From positions 18,042,001 through 18,106,000 of the forward strand of contig NW_025964223.1 of assembly GCF_023055435.1 (NCBI RefSeq): a DNA stretch of 64,000 nt. Reading direction: 5' to 3'. This stretch comes from Haliotis rufescens. Its lineage: Eukaryota. The notes below the pieces were generated by a model that was given only the letters and a program-made list of their open reading frames with translations, was not told where the DNA came from and did not search any database. The position numbers and the translations under genes are program-made. The stretch's first letter is position 1. Each line of letters opens with the position of its first letter. Positions 26,468 to 37,607 of the stretch are shown piece by piece.

Positions 26468-29160
26468 ATGAAGCCGAAGCAATTCCTGTACTCCATCAAG
26501 TTATGGCATGGCATGATTAGAGTGGATGTTATGGACAAGTGCTTGCATGTGAAGTCAGTGTTCCTCATGCCTTTCCCGAACTCCGTGAAGGATACCAAGA
26601 CCTTGCATGATTCCAAAGATTCTTTTGAATATTCTAAATATGAGTTTCCATTCTCAAGAATCCATGTCTTTCCGTCTATTTGTCTCAGGGGAAACTTCGA
26701 GGCATTGGTTAGTAGAGGAGGGGAACCTCTCCAGGACAGCATGCGGCTTGAGGCTTTAAGGCTGCGATCCTTTAATGGGGTGAATATTGAAGCGCCAGCC
26801 TTAGTCCTTGCTAGAGAAGGGTTGTATGCTACAGGAGATGGGGACGAGACTAGATGTTTCAGCTGCGGCATCAGGCACAGGAACTGGAGACGAAGGGACA
26901 GGCCTGCCGATGTCCATCTTGAAGATTGTTGTAGGCATAATTCAAGAAATATACGATTTGCCAACAACCCCTTGCCTTCGGGGAATCAGCCTGTCCGAAC
27001 TCACCTTGCGCTGCAAGATCATGACGTACACCCAGTCAGGAACTCCAGAGATCCTGTTATCATCCCCGGTAGCAGTAGAGGAAACCGTGCACACATGCTC
27101 CAGCCAACAGGTGATTACAGTACATTCACAGAACGTCTCTCTACATATCGAAACTGGCCACATGGAAGAGATGTTGCTTTGCTAGCCGCCATTGCCAGAG
27201 CTGGTTTCTTCTACGAAGGTAAGACGTAAATATATAATATCTATATTTTGTGTCTCTCATGTCTTATCTCATGTCTTATGTCATGTCTTGTCTCATGTCT
27301 TGCCTAATGTCTTGTCTCTCGTTTTGTGTCATGTCTTGTGGACCCGTGAAGATCCGGGGTAGAATAGATCTTCAGCAACCCATGCTTGCTGTGAAAGGCG
27401 ACTATGCTTGTCGTAAAAGGCGACTAACGGGATCGGGTGATCAGGCTCGCTTACTTGGTTGATGCATGCCATCGATCCCAATTGTGTGGATCGATGCTCA
27501 TGATATTAATCACTGGATTGTCTGGTCCAGACTCGATTATTTACAGACCGCCGTCATATAGCTGGAATATTGCTGAGTGCGGCGTTAAACAACAAACCAA
27601 CCAACCAAATCATGTCTTGTGTTATGTCTTGCCTCATGTCTTGTCTCTCGTTTTGTATCATGTCTTGTATCATGTCTCATCTCATGGGTTGTCTCATGTT
27701 TTGTCTCATTATTCGTCACATGGTTTTTCTCATAACAATATCTTGTACCAAATCGCTAAATGTTTAAAAACATTATCAATAACGATGGAATGCTTACATT
27801 GGAACTACAAAAATCATTCCTTTCAAATAATGTCAATGCATTTTATTTTTTTTTATTTCTTGGAGGTTACGCTGATACTGTCCGGTGTTTCGCATGTTTG
27901 ACTGCCTTGCGAGACTGGGAACCAGGAGACGATCCCTGGATAGAGCACGTAAGATGGAGGCCAAGGTGTGATTACATAGAATTTGTGAGAGGTCAAAGAC
28001 ACAGACGGGCGGTTGTCACCAGCATGGCCCAGGTATTGTATTATTATTGATTTTTGAAAACATAAGATTTCACAATTTGGTTATTCGGCACCTCTCTCCA
28101 TATCATCATGATTAAACAAGTCTTTATGTCACATGCAGAAAACAGTCCTATTACATTTACCGGTTGTATTTTGAACAGGCACATCGTGGATGCGGCCATG
28201 ATCCTCCATATGGACAAAGGGAAAATGGTAAGTTTCCTTACCTGTACACTGGATGAACGGTACATATGCATGTAAATTCCCCATGCTTAATTATTGCAGC
28301 ATTCTTCATGATAGTCCAAATTAGAATAAACAATGAATTAGTGACTGAGTGAGTTGGATTTTATGCCGCTTTTAACAATGTCCCAAGGTCACGGCAGATT
28401 TAACTAAGGATACGAACAAGAAGTCGTGTTCAAAGTTCCTTATGAATTATCACTGTCATGTTATATTGTATGTTTTGTTAATTATTATCAGTAATTACGT
28501 GTTGAGTTTTTATCTCTGATTTGGCGCTGCAGATCCTTTGGGGCTTTGTCTCGAGATGGGCTACAGCCAGCACGATATCTTGGAGGCTGCACGTATTATC
28601 GAGAGAGGTAGCGAAGTGTTTATTTGTCATTAAAACATGTATGAAGGCGTTGAACTAAGGTTGTTCGGGTTTGGTTCCATGTAAAGAACTGTAATTATTT
28701 CACAGTTCATTATCATACAAGAAGTGATATATGTATCATGCCGTCAGTCAGACAGGTACGAATTATACACATTCAGTGTAACAGCATTACTGGCTGAGAA
28801 CGTTGAAACTCACAATGACATGCACTGATGTCAGAGACCGAGAGATAACGTCATGTACCTTTTGGCAACCAATCCGAAACTTAACTTTGAATAACGAGAC
28901 TTCGTTGTCATCTTTCAGATAGAGCTGTACTTTCGCTTGAACTGCTTCTCGACAAGTTGATGGTACTAGCAGATGGCACCTCGGTAGATTACAGCTCACA
29001 AGCGCGTGGGGGGAATTGTATTGGTTGTGGGATTCAGCCAATTGCAATAAGGTTTATTCCGTGTGACCACCGTGTATTCTGCAACAGATGCGCTGAAGAC
29101 TTCAGTAGGTGCCCCCTCAGAGAGTGTGGACGAGCTATTCAGGGCGTCGAATGGATGTAG
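26468..29160 (+). CDS. Short IAP copy 2 (BIR-BIR-UBA-RING), ~427 aa; exons 26468-27218, 27866-28032, 28179-28227, 28533-28607, 28919-29160
   Basis: Atypical BIR1, canonical BIR2 (CFACLTALRDWEPGDDPWIEHVRWRPRC), UBA-like CLEMGYS and variant RING CIGC..PCDHRVFCNRC..CPLREC. Phases consistent, CDS 1284 nt. The acceptor before exon 2 is GAG. Confidence 0.88.
27341..27608 (+). mobile_element. Deu/Nin-domain SINE (duplicate of 21349-21616)
   Basis: Near-identical to the copy in duplicon 1. Confidence 0.85.
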
Positions 29161-31437
29161 AACATAAGCCGGCACACTACCAGCTTGACGAAAATACGCA
29201 CATTTCATAATAAATGCATGTTCACTCTTCCTTAGTTGTTGTTTTGGATATCGAATTCTAAGACTGTTTGACTCAGGTAGAAAAAATATTTTCTTAATGA
29301 TACTATCTCAGAAAGAAAATATGAAATGTATACAAAACAGACAATATTAACGCGAATTTCAATCTATCCAAGACTTTTGTCCTGGAGATATGTTTAAATC
29401 AATCCCTTTACTGTTGCCCCCGTGAAGATCCGGGTTACAATTGGTCTTCAGCAACCCATGCGTGTCGTAAAACTAACGGGACCGGGTTAGACTCGCTGAT
29501 TCGGTTGATGCACGTAATGGTATCCCAATTGCGTAGATCGATGCCCATGATGTCATTCACTGGATTTTATATGGATATGTCAGGCAATTAGAGCTGTAAA
29601 TATGTTTCTTAAAAAAATTCGATATCGGTATATAAATATTTTCTTCAACGAATGGCATTCCACTTTGCCGGGTAGTTCACGTTACGATATTTACTTAACT
29701 TTCAAGCAAGATCTTTCTTCAATCAGAAATTTATTTATCAGTACTTGCAACGGAAAGCTTCAAAAAACATTTAATTAATTATCCACTTGGTGTATTCGAC
29801 CTATTTGTAAATGAAAGAAGAAAATTGTTCATTGAAATATCGGAAAAAAATTGTCCATTATGTTATATAGAGATAGAAAATGAAATCCATTTTGTGTTTG
29901 TCTATTTATTATGCATGTATCTGATACTGATTCGTGAGCAAAATTATATATTCACATTAATACAAGCAATTAACAAAGATAAATGAAATTCCCAACACTA
30001 TAATAATAAAGTAACCAAGGATTCCACTTCATTCATTCGCATGAATACCAACGCATGTCATTTCAAATGCATCACACTACATATTTGAATCTATGGTGGA
30101 AATGGATCAAAATAAATAAAAGGAAAACTAGCATTTGTCATTATAAAAAAACAAGATGCCCATGTATATGTATATGCAATTATAGTATTAAAATTAATAT
30201 TCATATTGGTGTCGGGGCGGTCGGGTAGCCTAGTGGTTAAAGCGTTCGCTTGTCACGCCGAAGACCTGAGTTCGATTCCCGACATCGGTACAATGTGTGA
30301 AGCCCCGCCGGGATATTGCTGGAATATTGCTAAAAGCGGAGTAAAACCAGATTCAGTCAGTCAGTCATACTGGTGTCAGGAAGACAATGTAGGTGCGGGA
30401 CGTTTTTGGATAAGAAAATTCACAGTCTGTATATACAACAATACCAAATAGCTTAACGTAATAGAAGTATACAGAACACCTTTATAACTATAACGTTTCA
30501 TAAAACAAGAAACACGCACACGTTGCTCATTCGAATTCAGTACGTACATTTGAGAGAAACTGCATCCTTCCCGGAGAAAGGAATCATGTAAATACTTAGT
30601 GTTTATTATTCTCATTTTGTTATTCTATATTCGATTGCGTATGAAATGAAAATGTACACTCAACATTGTCAAGAAAGAAAGTGTTTATCATATTGTTTAA
30701 TTTGATGATAATTAATCGAAAAATTACAGCAATGTTCGGTTCAGCAGCATACATCGTATCGTTAATGTTAAAAAAAGAGAGCTGAAAATTTATATAATTA
30801 CCATCGTTTTTGCTACAGCATCAAATACTGTCCACATTAAAACTATTCTCTATGCCTCAGGGACAAAGGCCCGATATAACAACCACACAACGTATATATG
30901 TGTCCAGTGTCTGCCTGTATGCCACGATTCTCCCGTACAGGTTACACACAACCAAATGTTTTTCCATAGACTTCTATAGTAACGTTATATTTTTTTTTAA
31001 AATAACTAAGCATTCAACAGCTATTACCTGTACGTGTGTGCACAGTTTGGCCTTAGAGCAGCAATAAAAATATAAAAAAAAGACTAGCTTAGTCAGCTCC
31101 TTTTCCGAGTACCGGAAGCTAAACACAACACCCCCAGTTTCGCACCAAATGTCACCTACTTGAAAATAGCTGTGGTCACATTCAGCATAAGTCATCATGT
31201 TGAAAAAGACAGTACTAAATATAGAAAAACATGGCCAGTTTTACTAACTGGATGGATGTACATTTGAAAGACATAAAAATCTTACAGAATATCCTCCAAT
31301 CACAGCCTGCAGATATCTCTCGATCTGCACTGAAGGCTCCCTACGAAAACCGCACTCTCCAAACTGGTACTGATTTGGTGTAGTAGAACCTGTAGCGCGG
31401 TTCACAGGTCACGTTGACCTGGGCGACGACCGATTAC

Positions 31438-31704
31438 TGAGTCAGAAATAGCACTTGGGAAATACCAGTCAGGAGTAAAACTAGAATTGACGTGTCCCTG
31501 CCTTATAAATAGACTTGCATTCTTTGTGTGCGAGCTGCGGGTTAGATTATTTATGTTGCATACACGACTTGCAAAGGGACGCAACCGAACTAACCGGCAG
31601 AATTACTAGTCTGAATGACGCACGGCTGTAACATGACTTCCTTTTCTGATCGGAATGATTGAGTCACAGCCAGCCGACGCCATGTTACCACCATATCCGT
31701 AAGT
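31438..31704 (+). promoter_or_regulatory. Promoter and exon 1 of long IAP 32355-37607
   Basis: TGAGTCA at 31438, kB-like GGGAAATACC at 31457, TATAAATA at 31504, donor cc|gtaagt at 31699, acceptor cccag ending 32173. Confidence 0.65.
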
Positions 31705-32354
31705 TGTTTAAGTCCACACTTGATCCTAAAACATCTATATGGCGTTGTTGTTACATGCAGACCTTGCTGATCTGTGTCACTATTGATCTCTTACAGTATT
31801 AATGAATATCTGTTTACCGTAACTCACAGTGAATGTAAAAACCTGGCTATCTAGCGTCACAACATTATGGTCGTTAGTTGATAATATATTATGCGTATAT
31901 TGCTAATGTATAACTCCATATTCGATACATGTAGGTGTCACCAAATGTAGAGCTACCATGTACAGTGAATGTATTAGCGTCTTCCTCCAAGCGTCTCTCA
32001 TCTTACATGACATCAGCACATTATAACCAACCACAGTATCAATGATCATCTGTGTAACATACCCATATAACAAGTGTCATATTTAATAAGAAGTACTTGT
32101 GGTCTAACAGTGCTTGAATGCTTTTTCTTTGTGACGCAATGTGAAACATGTTAACAACTTCCTGTATCCCCAGGCAGGCACATCAAGTTGTGTAAAGACC
32201 CGGCAGCTCTCTTCGATAACTACAGGGTTACAAAGTACACTGTGTCAAGTGTAAAGGCTCCACAACCAGCCTAGGAAGATATCTGAAAGAAGCGATTCAA
32301 CGTATCTACATTTTATTGCTGTTGGAAACAGTATCTCGGTACGAGGCATATTTC

Positions 32355-35300
32355 ATGATACGGTCTGATAACTACCGCATTGTATTGACGAGTCGAGATA
32401 TCATACATGAAGCAGCGAGGATGGGTGGTGTGAAAATGATATTGATTCTATGGCTCCCTCCAATTGCATGTAGATATAGGACGGAAATATCAAGCGATGT
32501 TGTTCCCCGACCAACATTTAGTCATCAATTGATCGATACAGATGTCCTACATTCTCTGCTGATCAACCACAAATCCCCTGCTGATATACTGAGTCCGCCC
32601 TTGAATGACATGACCACAGATTCAACATTTGTAAATGTGTCTGAAGCAGGAGGATATATTTACCCCACTCTGAAAGATCTCTGGTCTGTTGTGACTCTTA
32701 CACAATGTGACCTGGCTAGTAAATGCAACCTGTCTCAGTCAAAATCAGGATCTTTTCAGGACTGCAGTGTTGTCGATGCAAATAATCCATTGTTACAACG
32801 TAGCAATACAGTAGGTGAAATGGAATCATGTGTCAGCACGTCTCATGTTGCCATGATGTATGTACATAAAATGTGTATATTGCTGGTGTCAGAGGAAGTC
32901 TGGCAAAAAGCCAGTGCACTTGTAGGTAGCTTTATCGTTCTAGATGTATGCAGCAGAAATAGAAATGGCGGTGACCATATCAATGACAAAACAACTCATA
33001 CATCATTTATTGAGAGCAATATTTTCAAGCTGGTCTGTTCATATACGCGCCCAGTGTTTAGTTGTGTGTTAAACATGGACTGGAACACAATACAACGTCA
33101 TATATTCAGGACTTGGCACTTGCGAGAATTGAATCTAGGACTATCTGACTTTGTAAATCTTGGAGAAACTCATTATGGCACTCATGTTCTCCAATGGATA
33201 TTGGAATGTAGTCAAAACACACAAACATTGAACACACAGGAATATGAATATGGTTTGAACGTCCATGTGTCTGAAATACCAGCTGATGCATGTGAAGTTC
33301 AACCTCGTGGAGATTTGCATCATCTGATACCTACACCTTCGCACATTACAAACGTATCACATATGATGCAAATTAGTGAAGATAATATTTTGCAAAAACA
33401 GATTACTGGCGAAAGCATATCATACAATGATGATATATGTAATGATGATGATACAGAGAAGCATAATAGGCGTCTGTCTACAGCAGATAGGAGGGAACAC
33501 AAACTTGTTTTACATACGGTGGATCAACTGAGTTCCTTGCATATTTATAGTGAGAATAGTCATGATTTGTCTGTAACACTGGAAGAGGACTTACCTTCCA
33601 TTTTTGACAAAAGAGAGGCGTTTAACCTTTTTCAAAAAATGACTGACAAAAGATCCCAGTATACTTGCCCATCATTTCAGCAGAAATCAGAGGAAGAGTT
33701 GAAACACATTGATAAAGATGCATTGTACGGAGATGGATTTACAAGATATATAAACACATGGCAAGAAGTAACAGTTGCACCCTTCTATTCCCTACGACAA
33801 TACTTCAGAAAATTGGAAACCGGGGAGGATTTCCTTCAAGATGAAAAGATGATATATGAAGCATTGCGACTGGGATCATTCTGTGGTATTAACATAAATG
33901 CATTTTGCATCCATCTGGCTGCAGCGGGGTTCTACGCCACAGGAGACGGGGATGAAACCAGATGCTTTAGTTGCGGCATCAGGCACAGGGGCTGGCAACA
34001 GAAGGACAATCCGTTCTTCCTCCATAGACAGATCGCTCCCTCATGTGCCCATATCACTGGAGCTGACGGGAGGAATGTCCCTATCAACCCAAACTCTGAG
34101 TCACATCCATCTTCGTGTTCAGTCCAATCGGCTGAAGCTCCCCATGTTGCTGGAGGTGACGGAGGGTTTGCATTTGGTGCTAACACCGACGAGGTCATGA
34201 ATGGCCCGTCACAAATATCAGAAAGATACGAAACCATGTCAACAGTCGGTCAGGTAAGCTGTGATGGTGGGAGTAAGGGAGCATCATCATCACCAGTCTC
34301 CCTCAGCCATCCCGACAGGGTGGATGCAGATGCAGATGCAGGACACACAAGACAGTATCGCGCAGCATGCATCCTGAGGTTCGATGATGCCGTTTATCCA
34401 CACTACAGCGACAATAAGGTCCGGATGACATCTTTCCAGATGTGGCCTGAACATCATTGCATGAAGCCCGAAGAGCTTGTCCCGGTCGGTTTCTTTTATG
34501 CAGGCAAGTAAAACTTTTATTATGTGTCCTAGATGTTGTGCAAACGTACAGGTTCTACTACACCAAATCAGAACCAGTTAGGACAGTGCCTTCAGTGCAG
34601 ATCGAGAGATGAGGCTGTGATTGGAGGATATTCTGTAATATTTTTATGTCTTTTAAATGTAAATCCATGTTTTTCTATATTTAGTGCCTTTCATGTAGGT
34701 GATATTTGGTGCGAAACTGGGGGTGGTGTGTTTATAATTAGCTTCTTGTACTCGGAAAAGGAGCTGGCTAAGCTAGTAATTTTTTATGTTTTTATTGCTG
34801 CTCTAAGGCCAAACTGTGCACACACGTACAGGTAATAGCCGTTGAATGCTTAGTTATTTTTGCAAAAAATATAACGTTTCTATAGAAGTCTATGGGAAAA
34901 CATTTGGTTGTGTGTAACCTACAGACTTCAAATAATGGATCATATAGCTATACGAGTGGGACGTTAAAACAAATAACCAAATAAAGGTCGTATTCTGTCA
35001 AATGTGTACATACCTCTATTTCTTACATGATATTGGAAAAAGTGATAGATAGGGACGGTACAGGTTGTGTTGCAGGAAATAACAAAGGTGGAATAGGTGT
35101 TGATTGGTTGGTGTGACATAAACATTAATAACGAATGACACCTGAACAGGTTACGCCGACTGTGTTCGCTGTTTTGTCTGCGGTGTTGGTCTGAAGACGT
35201 GGGAAGAGGGGGATGACCCCTGGGTGGAGCACGTGCGCTGGAGGTCATCTTGTGCATACGTGAAGGCCATCAAGGGGGATGAGTTTATTGCACAGACACT

Positions 35301-37607
35301 GGCAGGTGTTGGGCAGAAATTACAGGTATGTTTGAGTATGTAATCGGCCCAAATTGCTGTAAAAATGAAACCGTGAAATAAACTGTCACAAATACAAAGG
35401 GCAATGAAGGTATGGGTTGGCAAATAATAACATATGACTTCACAATTGAAAAGAGAGGACACCAATAGTTCCAATAAAGCTAGCGACTGTGATCGTGCAA
35501 ATGACTATTTTACATTACATCATTTCAGACTGAGCGGACGGGAGCCAATATTCCAGCTACAGGTGCCGAGGGTGTGGTTAGGAATGGTGAGCATCTTCAT
35601 ATAATTTTTATGTCATACAAAAAAGAAACCCGTTCTTGTTAGAACAATATGTTTCAGCAATTGTGTGATCTAAGGAGAATGGTAGTTAACTCCAAAGCGT
35701 CATTTGCCAGCATCAACCTCACAATACGTTTTCGCTGCGCCAGGTGTAAATGATATATAAAAACGACAAAATTCTTTCCACAGTCATGTCTTCTTTTTAA
35801 AATGTCGTTCCGTACAAATGTGTCAGTGCATTGTGCATGTAACTGATGCCTTGTGTGTCTGATACAGTCCTGACGAACTTATATCACATTCCAATATATA
35901 TGCAAAAACATAGCATACAGTAGATAGTATCCTTTGCTGCAAATGTAAGATTACATTACTGATCGTTCAGGCGTAAGGTTGTAATAGATATACAATTCAT
36001 TATCACGAATATATTAAAAATGAAACAGTGTCATGCCTCAGAAGCATTTGTACAGAGACGTGTAAGGTATACAAGTAAGAAAAACAATGGTATAGCTGTT
36101 TTAATTTATAATAAATCATTTCTTTATCAGACGCTGGTGATGTCCTTGAACGGGAGGCGTGTCAGCGCGCCCTGGAGATGGGCTACAGCAGAGACTGTGT
36201 CAGACAAAATGCTCTGGACATTCTCAGGAACCAGGGTACAGTCTCCCGAAATAGTATATTGGTATTTTGCATTACAGACATGGGTGATGTCATTTCATCT
36301 TTGACAAATGTAGTATACATCATAGAAATAAACCACAAACGAATGATACTGATCAGTCTCGATTATCTACAGGGCGTAAAAGGCAAACTAGTAGTGAAAT
36401 ATATATGAATGGATCACTGAAATGACACCATATGTTCACGAAAAGGTTAAGCATGGCCTGCCCAGCCAGCAGCAAGAACGGAAACATTACATATTCAGAC
36501 GAGCATATAAATATTCGATCTTAAGATGATGAATGGCAGCGAAACACTTTGTGGACGTAACCGAACACTGAATAGCAGTAAAGTGTGGGTAAAATGTTTT
36601 TAATAGTTTATTACTCTCTCACTCACCGACTGACTGATCGCTTCGTCAGGCTCTGTGATTTGTTTGATTATACGCTGATGGCGTCGGACGTTGCTTATAC
36701 TAGTACTTCACGAATAAGACATTGTATTCCTGACAGGCAATGATTCCTTGAAGTTACATGTCCTGGTAGAACGGATCTTACAAGAAGATCTGGAGATATC
36801 AGAAGCAGCGTCTGCAACAACAACGCAGACCTCATCAGCGGGACTGCCACATACAAAGTCACACAGCCTACTAGCACCTGGAGAGCAACATGGCAGATCA
36901 GCAGGACTACTACAAGGAGATACATACACGGGTATCCTATTTGGACAGCAGCCCGTATTGGGTCAGATAGTGTCGGATGGGGAAGACGAAGGATACGGGG
37001 ATACGGATGAGCCAACATCGCTTTCAGACAGGAACAGCATTCACAGATCAAGGATGCCAAAGGTTAAAGCCAAAAGTGAGTTCTTGTAGGATTAAAGTTT
37101 CTGCTCTGTGCTTTGCCTTTATAATGTACCATTATGTATGAGTAGTGGTTTAATACTTCCTTTAGTAAAACTTCGCAACATGTTGCATTCTGTTATGCCT
37201 CCTCATCAAACTTATGTTCAGTCTACCAATATTCTGTAGCCAAGAGGGTACTCCGACAGTCGTCTCAGACATAGGCAAATGCTGATCCCCCTTCTTAATT
37301 TATCCCTGATAAAAAAATACATCAATGTAATAAAATCGTTTTCGTTTTTGATTCCTTTTGTATCTTTACAGATAAAGCCAAGGAAGAATTAGAAGCCACA
37401 GAGGAAGAGACACAACAGCTACGAGAGTCAAGTGCATGTAAGATCTGTCTGGAGGACCCTGCCAACATCGTCTTTCTACCCTGTGGGCATCTGGTGGCTT
37501 GTGCCGTGTGCGCCCCAGCCCTGGAACGTTGCCCAGTCTGCAGGACACACATCCGGGGATCTGTTCGTGTTCACCTTGCTGACATGGCTTCAGTATCCTC
37601 GCCGTAA
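32355..37607 (+). CDS. Long IAP (BIR-BIR-UBA-RING), ~1020 aa; exons 32355-34503, 35150-35325, 35529-35586, 36131-36235, 36737-37075, 37372-37607
   Basis: Same architecture and exon sizes (176, 105 nt) as the 8328 gene. First coding intron is GC-AG (CAG|GCAAGT). CDS 3063 nt. Start codon uncertain (first in-frame ATG used). Confidence 0.9.
34547..34920 (-). repeat. Inverted copy of 30939-31394 (and 24927-25380) inside an intron
   Basis: tacaggttctactacaccaaatcag..atttggtgcgaaactggggg..tgtgtaacct is the reverse complement of the segment just upstream of the promoter. Confidence 0.85.

Larger units (their letters stand above)
20311..32313 (+). repeat. Recent tandem segmental duplication, ~6.0 kb (20311-26299 and 26300-32313)
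   Basis: Near-identical sequence at offset 5989-6014. Junction acatttggaatattg has a 2-bp TT microhomology. Confidence 0.97.
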
